A DNA stretch of 64,000 nucleotides from an uncultured Pseudomonadota bacterium. GTDB lineage: Bacteria > Pseudomonadota > Alphaproteobacteria > JACZXZ01. Location of the stretch: assembly GCA_963749075.1 (NCBI GenBank), contig CAVVLJ010000020.1, positions 608,001-672,000 of the forward strand. The letters are read 5' to 3'. The translations under genes and the position numbers were made by a program. The notes beneath the pieces were generated by a model. It saw nothing but the letters and a program-made list of their open reading frames with translations. It was not told the origin of the DNA and made no database searches. This document shows positions 28,741 through 36,992 of the stretch, in pieces. Positions within the stretch are counted from its first letter, which is position 1. Each line of letters opens with the position of its first letter.

Positions 28741-29481
28741 TCAGGGAGATCGATTCTCGATCCGGATGCGATCCCTGGTCGTCGAAAAGAATCCTTCGAT
28801 ATTGCCGGCGACTTTCGGAAGATCGCTCGCGAGCTTGTCCAAATCCACGTGGCGGTCGTGCGGGAGCTCCGCAATCCAACCGCTTCGCTTCCAGACGATG
28901 TAGATCCAGAAGCTGCGCGTATAGGTGCAGTCGGGACAGGTGACCATCCCCACACCGAAGATGCGGTTCCCCGGCTCGAGGTCGGACTCGGCACCCGCGC
29001 TCGCGAAGAGGGCAATGGCGCCGCTTCGCTCGTGCGGCCTGATATAGTCGAACCCCGCCGCCGGGATCTGCAGCGGGTTGCGGTCCGTCGCCAAATCCGG
29101 CCGGTCGAGGTTCCACAGCAGGAACGAATATTTGATATCGCGCGCCACTTTGCCGGAATTATTGATGAGCAGCAGCGAGGGCTGCAGGGGATAGACGAAG
29201 CGGAAGGTGACATCCGGCCGCTCCGCGCCGACATAACCGTCCCTGACGGGCTTCCAGCCGACGGCCAGGAGCAGTGCCGCGCCGATCAAGGCGAGGCAAA
29301 TCTTGCGCGAGCGCGATTGCGCGGTCATCAAGGGCGAGAGCCAGACGAGATCGGCGACAATGCCCTCTGCCGCCAGCAACAGGACGACGCGGCACCACCA
29401 GCTCGTCGGCAGCCCCACCGCCAGAGCCGTGACGGCGACCGCCGCGCAAATTTCGATACCGGTGCCGACCGGTCTTGCCAT
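28741..29481 (-). CDS. Hypothetical membrane protein (about 3 N-terminal TM segments, beta-rich C-domain with CPDC)
   Basis: Three hydrophobic stretches then VTFRFVYP..LLLINNSG..IKYSFLLWN; no family recognised; start chosen by judgement. Confidence 0.6.
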   Translation of the reverse strand: MARPVGTGIEICAAVAVTALAVGLPTSWWCRVVLLLAAEGIVADLVWLSPLMTAQSRSRKICLALIGAALLLAVGWKPVRDGYVGAERPDVTFRFVYPLQPSLLLINNSGKVARDIKYSFLLWNLDRPDLATDRNPLQIPAAGFDYIRPHERSGAIALFASAGAESDLEPGNRIFGVGMVTCPDCTYTRSFWIYIVWKRSGWIAELPHDRHVDLDKLASDLPKVAGNIEGFFSTTRDRIRIENRSP

Positions 29482-29634
29482 CTTGAGCTTTCCGCGCAGG
29501 AACGCGCCGGCCTTTGGTCGCGGCATGCCGTTGGGTCTTCGTTGGAAGGCTCGAGGCGCCCGGGCGCCGTCTTGGGCGCTCCTTCCGGACGTGCAACCGA
29601 TGCGCATCCTATGGCTTGAAGCCTCTCCGGATGA

Positions 29635-29659
29635 TTTCCATCGGGTTATCGTTTGGAAA
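29635..29659. promoter_or_regulatory. Candidate operator, copy 1
   Basis: TTTCCATCGGGTTATCGTTTGGAAA, 21/25 identical to 32770-32794, with palindromic ends TTTCCA/TGGAAA. Confidence 0.5.
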
Positions 29660-29763
29660 TCTCGCGCCGCCGCGGGGGATGCATCCGCACGACGGGCGGA
29701 CAAAGAGAGAGCCCCTCCCCCGCCTTCCGGTTTGCTCCGACGACGTCGAGATGCGGACAGGCA

Positions 29764-31311
29764 CTACTGTGTCAGCACGACCTCGGTCAGGCCGGAGCCG
29801 CTGCCGCCGCTGACGTTGCAATTCATCGCGAAGTAATTGTTCTTGTATTGGCAATCCTCGCCGTAACCGGGGCCGTTCACCGTCATCCCGGTGCAATGGC
29901 TGGCCGGCCCGTAATACTGCTCTCCGGGCCCGACGCCGCCGGCGTCGTCCCACCAGAACACCGTGGCGGGCGCGATCGCCGACGAGCCGCTGCCGCTCGC
30001 CAAGGCCGAAATCTGAGCGCAAGTGGGTGCCGCAAACTGAGCGCCGCCGCCGGTCAGCGACGAGCAGTTGGGAACGGCGGCGGCGGGTGCCGTGGAACTG
30101 TTCGACAGGCCGTTGATGTAGTTTTGCGTGACGCCGGTTTGGATATAGAGCGAGCAGTTGGGCGAGCTCGAGCTTGGCGCTGTCCGGTATTGGGTGCTGC
30201 AGGAGTAGGTCGTCACCGACCCGGACACCGACGAGGAACAGTTGGAATAGCCCGAACTGGGCGCATTGATCCCGAGATAGGTCGCGAGCGTGTTGTAGGA
30301 CCCCGACGCGATCGGCTCGGTGATCGTGGTGCCGCTGGGATACAAAATGCTGGGCGGCAGCGTGACGGACACCGCCGTAATCGTGGTGGTGCCGTGAGAC
30401 GTCGTGCTCGTGACTTTGACGGTATAGGAATAGTTGGTGTTCTGGCTGGGGGACTGGGCGTTCCCGAGCAAGGACGAATAGAAGGCCTGCGAGCCGCCAT
30501 TGGGAGCGCCGTAGGAATTCGCTCCGGTGACCGCGGCCCCGCAAGAGGGATTGCCGGTATTGCCGTTGGTGTCGTTGCGTAGCATCACGCCGAGCGGCTG
30601 ATTGACGTTGAAGGTCGGAAGGGCCTGTCCGGGGGGCATTGTGGCGAGCGGGTTGGGAGACGAATAGCTCGTGCCGATCTCGTAATAATTGCCCTGGTTT
30701 GAGCTGCTGGTTGCCACCGAGAAAGTGGGAACCGCGCCGTAATTGTATCCGGTGCCGGCTGTGTTTTTCGGCACCTGATAGAGATAGACGGTGTTGCCGT
30801 CGCATGCCTGGGAGTTGACGTTGGTGAATTCGAGCTGCGGCGTGATCACGGGATTGCCGGCAGTCCCCGAGGCGCTCACGTAGAGCGTGTGGTAGACGAG
30901 GTAGAGGAAGGTCGTCGCGAGAGTGCCGCTGGCACTGACGGTGACGGTGTAGGCGTTGGCGGTTCCGAGCGCCGGGTTGATCGTTCCGCTCGTGTTGGTG
31001 GTCACCGACGGCGAACCGACCGTGAGGCCGTTCGGCAGGATGGCGGCCTTGAAGTAGTTGGTGGCGACGGTCTGCGCGTTGCTCGCCGAGCCTGGGCCGA
31101 TGAAGGCGGCAGCGCCCGCGAGTGCCGCTGCGTCGACGGCGCTTTGCAGGACATACCTGGCCTGGACCGCGCGCGCATAATCGATGGCAGCACCCAGGGC
31201 GATCATGAAGGGCGTCAGCATCAAAGCGAACATGATGGCCACCTGGCCGCTCCTGTCGCCGAGCAGCCGGAGGGGCCTGGGCATGAGCTTCGCTTTCGGG
31301 AGAAGCGACAT
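29764..31311 (-). CDS. TadG-like Flp/Tad pilus minor pilin/adhesin with long Ser/Thr/Gly/Cys-rich C-domain
   Basis: RSG|QVAIMFALMLTPFMIALGAAIDYA, LQSAVDAAALAGA Tad_N motif. Confidence 0.85.
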   Translation of the reverse strand: MSLLPKAKLMPRPLRLLGDRSGQVAIMFALMLTPFMIALGAAIDYARAVQARYVLQSAVDAAALAGAAAFIGPGSASNAQTVATNYFKAAILPNGLTVGSPSVTTNTSGTINPALGTANAYTVTVSASGTLATTFLYLVYHTLYVSASGTAGNPVITPQLEFTNVNSQACDGNTVYLYQVPKNTAGTGYNYGAVPTFSVATSSSNQGNYYEIGTSYSSPNPLATMPPGQALPTFNVNQPLGVMLRNDTNGNTGNPSCGAAVTGANSYGAPNGGSQAFYSSLLGNAQSPSQNTNYSYTVKVTSTTSHGTTTITAVSVTLPPSILYPSGTTITEPIASGSYNTLATYLGINAPSSGYSNCSSSVSGSVTTYSCSTQYRTAPSSSSPNCSLYIQTGVTQNYINGLSNSSTAPAAAVPNCSSLTGGGAQFAAPTCAQISALASGSGSSAIAPATVFWWDDAGGVGPGEQYYGPASHCTGMTVNGPGYGEDCQYKNNYFAMNCNVSGGSGSGLTEVVLTQ

Positions 31312-31319
31312 GGCGTTCC

Positions 31320-31922
31320 TCACGTACAGGGAGAGGTGCAGGAGATCGGCGAATTGCCGCGCGGCCGGGCAAAGGATGTCTGGCTGAACGTGAAGAGGCC
31401 CGGGAGCACGTATTGGATGGCCGAGCTGTAGATGTAGGTCGCTTGGACGACGATCACGCTGTCGCCGGGGGCGCCGGCATTCGGCACCAGGTTGGTGGGC
31501 GTCGTCGCATCGGTGACGGCTCCGGAGCCCATCGCCGTCGCAGCGACGGTACAGGACAGGTCGCTTTCCCAATCTTCCTTGACGCCGCCGGACGTGTAGT
31601 TGGTGACGCTGGCGATCGCGACCGAGAACGCATTGGCATTGCCGGATGTCCCATTGGTCGGGAATGGCGTCATCACGAGCATTCCGGCTTTGCAGAAATT
31701 GCCCAGCGATCCGCTGGTGCCGCTGGTGACGCCGTTGATCTGCTGTGCGGCCAGGTCGGCGATCGCCGCGGCTGCATTGCTCAGCATCATGGCGGCCCGG
31801 ACCATTTGGGCGCCTTCGTAAAGGCCATACATGATGATGATCATGACCGGCGCCACGAGCACGAATTCGAGGGCGGCCACCCCGCGTTTATCGGCGATGC
31901 GGGAGCCGAGCCGGCGCAGCAT
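31320..31922 (-). CDS. TadE/TadF-like pseudopilin
   Basis: KRG|VAALEFVLVAPVMIIIMYG prepilin motif, C-terminal FARPR. Confidence 0.85.
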   Translation of the reverse strand: MLRRLGSRIADKRGVAALEFVLVAPVMIIIMYGLYEGAQMVRAAMMLSNAAAAIADLAAQQINGVTSGTSGSLGNFCKAGMLVMTPFPTNGTSGNANAFSVAIASVTNYTSGGVKEDWESDLSCTVAATAMGSGAVTDATTPTNLVPNAGAPGDSVIVVQATYIYSSAIQYVLPGLFTFSQTSFARPRGNSPISCTSPCT

Positions 31923-32512
31923 CAGTAAGGCTCGGTCTGGAAGGCGATCGTCGATATGAGAAAACCGCCGGTCGTGCCGAGCACGTCGGCGACCCACTGA
32001 ATCATCCAGGTACGCTGGTAGCCGATCTGCAGAATGACGTCGTAATTGCTGGCCAGGCTGGCCTGGGTCGTGGTCATGACGCCGCTGGAGATCGTTGCGA
32101 GCGAAAGGGTCGTGAACGCGTGGCCTGCCGGCGAACCGGACGCCGCCGCTGCGACATAGATTTGAATACTGGTGCTGCACGAAGGCACCAGCGGGAGATC
32201 GTTGCACACGTCGGTGGTCAGCGTCGATGAATAGCCGGAGCCCGTGATCGTGCCGATGCGGATCAAACGGGCGGCGTCGCGTGCGGCGGTGTCCATGAGC
32301 TCTTGGGTGACGAAATCGAGGGCGAGCTCAAAGATGAACAGCGCGAAGACTACGAAGATCGGCCCCACCAATCCGAATTCCACCGCCGCCGTGCCGATGT
32401 TTTGCGAGAACAGCCGAGCGACAATGCCGCGATTGTCCGAGCGGGCTCGCCTGTCCGGGGCCGCTCGGCTATCGGCGGCACGGGTATTATCTAGGCGAGG
32501 ATGGGGCGGCAT
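31922..32512 (-). CDS. TadE-like pseudopilin
   Basis: IG|TAAVEFGLVGPIF, AARDAARLIRIG, C-terminal FQTEPY; start uncertain. Confidence 0.85.
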   Translation of the reverse strand: MPPHPRLDNTRAADSRAAPDRRARSDNRGIVARLFSQNIGTAAVEFGLVGPIFVVFALFIFELALDFVTQELMDTAARDAARLIRIGTITGSGYSSTLTTDVCNDLPLVPSCSTSIQIYVAAAASGSPAGHAFTTLSLATISSGVMTTTQASLASNYDVILQIGYQRTWMIQWVADVLGTTGGFLISTIAFQTEPY

Positions 32513-32769
32513 GCGTAATGCGACTCAGTGCGGGGATTGCCCAGAAAACCGGCGATCATATCGAAGGCCAAATTCAGATTGCTCCCCACGCCGTCACGTC
32601 GGCCAAGATGGCCACAACGGCGATCAGGACCGCGATCGGTCTCTATTCGATGGGTGTCACGCGACGCTTTGATTTCAGCGCCCGCGCGATCACGCCAAAG
32701 AGGTGCGGCACCTCCGATCCGCCGTCGCTCTGCAAAGGAAATGGTAATCCTCGCCACCTCTCCGACCCC

Positions 32770-32794
32770 TTTCCATGGCATTACCGTTTGGAAA
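32770..32794. promoter_or_regulatory. Candidate operator, copy 2 (upstream of the tadE-tadE-tadG unit)
   Basis: TTTCCATGGCATTACCGTTTGGAAA. Confidence 0.5.
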
Positions 32795-33015
32795 GCGCGG
32801 CCGGGCGGTCGGCGGCGAGATGTGCCGTCCAGGCAGCGATTCGTTGCGGGGCCGCTGCGAGTAGCGTCGCACCGAGGGCATCCAGCGCCGGAGCGTTACG
32901 GCGGGCGGTCCAGAGCCGGCGCGGCGCCCGGGCAGAGATCTTGCGCACACCGGCGGGAGAGGCCGCGAACGGCGGTGTACCCGACAACTCGGGCCGGCGC
33001 GGCCGAAGGATCGCG

Positions 33016-34221
33016 CTAATGGGTGAGCAGGACGCCGTTCGTTATTCCGTTGCCCTGAAGGCCGCCCGAGCAGGTGAAGGTGAATTGAGCGTCGTTGTAG
33101 TCGAAGTCGTCGGTCGAGCCGCCCATGTCGTTCCAGGAATAGTACCAGTTGCTGCCGTTCATCTGCGCGCAGGTCGGCGACGCATTGGTCTGCGCCGTGG
33201 TGAAGCACTTTCCCGCGGTCGGCGTGGGCAGGCTCGAGCCGGTCACCTGCTGGGTCTGCAGGCTGCAGTTCTCGATTGTCTTGCAGCCGCTTGGCGGGTG
33301 GCGCCCGGTACAGGTCAAGCCGTTCGTGTAATCCGCCGCGGTGGTATAGCCGCCCGGGTTGTTGGTCGAGTCGTTGGGGATGGTCAATTGCGAATAGAAG
33401 ACGTGCGTGCTGCCGGGCGTCCCGCCGTACTGGTTGTCGCCGTAATTGATGAGACCGCCCGTCACGTTGACGAGGGCGAAGCCGATTTGCGCGCCCGGCG
33501 GCACCGAGAAGGTGAGGTTGCTCGTGGGCGGCACGTTCGACGAGGAGTTGGTGAAGAGCGCCGTGAAGGTGCCGTCCGTGAAGGTGCCGGTGGGGAAATG
33601 CGCGGAGTTGAATACCGGCACGGTACCGTTCGTGGGCACGATGTACCAATAGATGGTGTTGTGGTCGCCGGCGTTGCTGCCCCAATTGGCCGCATTGACG
33701 CTGCCGATCGAGCCCTCATAGGCCGCCGTCGCCGTGGCATAGATGGGGATCGATTGCACGAACATGTACATGAAGGTCGTCTTGATGCTCGAATTGGCGG
33801 CCACGGTGACGCTGTAGGCGCTGGTCGAGACGGCCGTCGAGACGGCGTAGGTGGTGCCCTGGTTGTTCGGCAGGTTGGTGACGTTGAGGTTCATGTAGTT
33901 GTCGGCCACCGTGGTCGCGGCGGAACCGTCGGTGGAGCCTAAAAAGACGGCGGCGCCGGACAGTGCCGCGGAATCCACGATGCTCTGCAGCGACGTCCTG
34001 GCCTGAACGGCGAGCGCAAAATCGACGCCGGCGCCGAGCGACATGAGGAGAACCGGCGCCATGAGCGCGAACAAGACCGCGATGTTGCCGCGGCGGTTTT
34101 GCATGAGGGCGCGGAGCGCCCTCGGGAAGGAGCGGGACTTCCCGGTCGTGTCGGCAGCATTGCCGCCCGGGGCATCCCCCCGTAAAGGGCGCTCCGGCGC
34201 TCTCATGGATCGATCGTGCAT
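33016..34221 (-). CDS. Second TadG-like minor pilin/adhesin
   Basis: RRG|NIAVLFALMAPVLLMSLGAGVDFA, LQSIVDSAALSGA; C-terminal WNDMGGSTDDFDYNDA; start uncertain. Confidence 0.85.
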   Translation of the reverse strand: MHDRSMRAPERPLRGDAPGGNAADTTGKSRSFPRALRALMQNRRGNIAVLFALMAPVLLMSLGAGVDFALAVQARTSLQSIVDSAALSGAAVFLGSTDGSAATTVADNYMNLNVTNLPNNQGTTYAVSTAVSTSAYSVTVAANSSIKTTFMYMFVQSIPIYATATAAYEGSIGSVNAANWGSNAGDHNTIYWYIVPTNGTVPVFNSAHFPTGTFTDGTFTALFTNSSSNVPPTSNLTFSVPPGAQIGFALVNVTGGLINYGDNQYGGTPGSTHVFYSQLTIPNDSTNNPGGYTTAADYTNGLTCTGRHPPSGCKTIENCSLQTQQVTGSSLPTPTAGKCFTTAQTNASPTCAQMNGSNWYYSWNDMGGSTDDFDYNDAQFTFTCSGGLQGNGITNGVLLTH

Positions 34222-34304
34222 GGTATCTCTCATTCTCAGGGGGCGGGCTCCCTGCCGCCGTCGCATCCGCCGATTGCGAGCCCGATCATGCTATACCGAA
34301 AAAA

Positions 34305-34319
34305 TTAAAACTCAGTTAA
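34305..34319. promoter_or_regulatory. CtrA-type binding site upstream of the second tadG-like gene
   Basis: TTAA-AACTCAG-TTAA, an exact TTAA-N7-TTAA match. Confidence 0.65.
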
Positions 34320-34390
34320 AACTTGGAAGCCCTTCAGGTATTCGTAAGGATTATCTGGTATTTCATTCAGAGCACTCAGACTAACGCGAC

Positions 34391-34406
34391 GTAAGATTCT
34401 TGTAAG
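34391..34406 (+). promoter_or_regulatory. OmpR-type direct repeat GTAAG-N6-GTAAG
   Basis: GTAAG at 34391 and 34402 (11-bp period). Confidence 0.5.
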
Positions 34407-34438
34407 GTTCGCCGTATGACTTGCGGCTTGCAACCCTG

Positions 34439-34714
34439 ATGCTTGAAGCCGGCCAAGCTCATGGCTGGCCCAAGCGGCGCTTCGCAAGGCGCGCCGCCTT
34501 AGCGCCGGCGCAAGAGCCGAAGCGCGCCGCCCCCGTTCGGGCGGCGTCCGGGCTTCTGCGGCGCGCCGCTGGCGCGCCCGGTTACCCATTGTGGGCGCAA
34601 GCGGCCAAAGTCTGCGTGCTGATTGCGCTCGCGGTCATGCTATGGCGCTGGGCCGACGGCAGCGCGCTCCGCTTCTTGGGCTGGGTCTTGCTCGGTCAGG
34701 ACAGCCAAGTTTAG
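34439..34714 (+). CDS. Small hypothetical membrane protein
   Basis: C-terminal hydrophobic stretch VCVLIALAVMLWRW..LRFLGWVLLG; lies downstream of the GTAAG repeats. Confidence 0.4.
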   Translation: MLEAGQAHGWPKRRFARRAALAPAQEPKRAAPVRAASGLLRRAAGAPGYPLWAQAAKVCVLIALAVMLWRWADGSALRFLGWVLLGQDSQV

Positions 34715-34787
34715 CCTGGCGATTGCCGGCCAACACGCCGCCCTCTCGACGCCGCGGCCGCCGCGGCCTCAACGATGGCCGTCGCGT

Positions 34788-34814
34788 CTTACGTAAGCCT
34801 TACGCGAGTCTTAC
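34788..34814. promoter_or_regulatory. Triple CTTAC direct repeat (OmpR-type site) upstream of the response regulator
   Basis: CTTAC at 34788, 34799 and 34810 (exact 11-bp period). Confidence 0.65.
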
Positions 34815-34905
34815 GTCTGGCTGAACGGGCATAGCTGGGCAGACAAAGGCGCGCGGTGCTACACTCTTATAATTCTCCGACCGACGCCGAACGGGACGCC
34901 CGCGC

Positions 34906-35586
34906 ATGCGATTGCTGGTCGTCGAGGACAACGAGGAGCTCACGCAGCTTCTGGCCAAGGGGCTCGGGGCGGCGGGCTATGCCACGGATATCGTGACCAC
35001 GGCCGGCGAGGCCCGTGCCGCGCTGGCCGCGAGCAGGTATGCCGCCGTGATCCTCGATCTCGGCCTGCCGGACGAGAACGGCCTCGTCCTCCTCCGCGAA
35101 GCCCGCGAACGCAGCGATCCGACGCCGGTCGTCGTGCTCACGGCGCGGGCCGGCGTGCAGGACCGCGTCGCCGGACTGCGCGGCGGCGCCGACGATTACA
35201 TCGTCAAGCCCTTCGCGTTCGAGGAGCTGGTGGCCCGCCTGGAGGCGGTGCTGCGCCGGCCCGGGCAATTGCTGGGACGCTCGCTTCGCGTCGGCAATCT
35301 CGTCTTCGATACGGAGGCGCGGCAGGCGCTCGTCGGCGACGAGCCGCAGGTCCTGTCCGCGCGCGAGGTGGCGGTGCTCGAGATCCTGATGCGGCGCAGC
35401 GGCCGCGTCGTGCCCAAGAAGCTGGTCGAGGACCAGCTCTTCGGGCTCGCCAGCGACGTTGCGTCCAACGCGGTCGAGGTCTACATCCACCGCCTGAGGA
35501 AGCAGCTCGCCGAGCGCCGCGCCACGGTGCAGATCCACACGATCCGCGGGGTCGGCTATCTCATTGCCGAGGACAAGCCGGCGTGA
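34906..35586 (+). CDS. OmpR-family response regulator (QseB/TctD-like)
   Basis: VEDN, LDLGLPD, LTAR, DDYIVKPF, SNAVEVYIHRLRK, HTIRGVGY. Confidence 0.93.
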   Translation: MRLLVVEDNEELTQLLAKGLGAAGYATDIVTTAGEARAALAASRYAAVILDLGLPDENGLVLLREARERSDPTPVVVLTARAGVQDRVAGLRGGADDYIVKPFAFEELVARLEAVLRRPGQLLGRSLRVGNLVFDTEARQALVGDEPQVLSAREVAVLEILMRRSGRVVPKKLVEDQLFGLASDVASNAVEVYIHRLRKQLAERRATVQIHTIRGVGYLIAEDKPA

Positions 35587-36992
35587 TCCGCTTCAAATCG
35601 ATCGCCTCGCAGATCATCTCGCTCCACGTCGTCGTCGTCGGCATAACTCTGGTCTCGATGCCGCTGGCGCTCGATTGGCTGATGGATTCGACGGCCAACG
35701 ACCTCCATCATCGCGCGCTGCGGGAAATCTCCGAGAAGATCGCGCACCATCTTCTCCCGCAGGCGGCGGGCGGCTGGAAGCTCGATCTGCCGCCGGAGCT
35801 TCAGCAGCTCTACTCGATGAGCTACGGGCGCTATGCCTACACGGTGCTCGACGACCGCGGCAAGGTCCTCTTCTCGTCGTTCAACGACGGCTCGCCGACT
35901 TTTCCCGGGGACCGCCGCTCCCCGGCGGCGTCCTTTCTCCAGGCGCGGCGCGGCGACATGGTCCTCTACGGCGCCAGCATTCCGCGGACGATCCACGGCC
36001 GCACCGTGTGGATCCAGGTGGGCGAGGATCTCGAGCACAGCGACGTGCTGATCGACGACATCGTCGCCGATTTCTTCAGGCGCGTCGGCTGGATCACCAT
36101 CCCCATCCTGCTGTCGCTTCTGGCGATCGACATCGTCATCTTCCGCCGCGCGCTGCGGCACGTGCGGCGGGCCTCGGTAATGGCGGCGGACATCGGGCCG
36201 GAGCGCACCGACGTGCGGCTGCCGGCCAAGGACATGCCGAGCGAGGTCCTGCCGCTGGTGCGCGCCGTCAACCAGGCGCTGGACCGGCTCGAAGAGGGCT
36301 TCCGCATGCAGCGCGAGTTCACCGCCGACGCCGCCCACGAGCTGCGCACGCCGCTCACGATCCTGCGCGCACGGATCGACACGCTCGCCGACCGCAAGAT
36401 CGCCTCGACGCTGAGCCGCGACATCGCCGGCATGAGCCGCATCGTCAGCCAGCTGCTCGACATCGCCGAGCTCGAGACCTTCGTCGTCGATCCCCGCGAG
36501 AAGGCGGACTTGCAAGCCGTGTGCGCGGAGCTCGCAGGGTTCGTAGCGCCTCTCGCCTTGGCCCAGGGCAAGAGCGTCGCCTTGAGCGGCGCTGCGGCGC
36601 CGGTCTGGGTCCGCGGCAATGCGCAAGTCCTCTCCCAGGCCGTGCGCAACCTCGTCGAGAACGCGCTCAATCACACGCCCCCGGGTACCACGGTCGACAT
36701 CGTCGTGGCGGAGAGCGGCACCGTCTCCGTCTTCGATCAGGGACCGGGCATCCCCGAAGGCGAGCGCGCGCTCGTCTTCCAGCGCTTCTGGCGCCGCGAC
36801 CGCCGCCGCACCGGCAATGCGGGGCTCGGGCTCTCGATCGTCCGCCGCATCGTCGAGGCGCACGCCGGCTCGGTCACCGTCGAGAACCGGCCCGCCGGCG
36901 GGGCCGCATTCTCCATCAGCCTGCTCTGCGCCGAATCCGGCTCGATCGCAGGGGAGGCGGAGAGGTCTCCAGCGAGGGCTGCTCTCACTTGA
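35583..36992 (+). CDS. Sensor histidine kinase (QseC-like)
   Basis: FTADAAHELRTPL, NLVENAL, DQGPGI, GLGLSIV. Confidence 0.93.
   Translation: MIRFKSIASQIISLHVVVVGITLVSMPLALDWLMDSTANDLHHRALREISEKIAHHLLPQAAGGWKLDLPPELQQLYSMSYGRYAYTVLDDRGKVLFSSFNDGSPTFPGDRRSPAASFLQARRGDMVLYGASIPRTIHGRTVWIQVGEDLEHSDVLIDDIVADFFRRVGWITIPILLSLLAIDIVIFRRALRHVRRASVMAADIGPERTDVRLPAKDMPSEVLPLVRAVNQALDRLEEGFRMQREFTADAAHELRTPLTILRARIDTLADRKIASTLSRDIAGMSRIVSQLLDIAELETFVVDPREKADLQAVCAELAGFVAPLALAQGKSVALSGAAAPVWVRGNAQVLSQAVRNLVENALNHTPPGTTVDIVVAESGTVSVFDQGPGIPEGERALVFQRFWRRDRRRTGNAGLGLSIVRRIVEAHAGSVTVENRPAGGAAFSISLLCAESGSIAGEAERSPARAALT

Noticed and set aside
34421-34714. Possible Flp major pilin for the Tad cassette
   Set aside because: No G|xxxxEY Flp motif, and it is on the opposite strand
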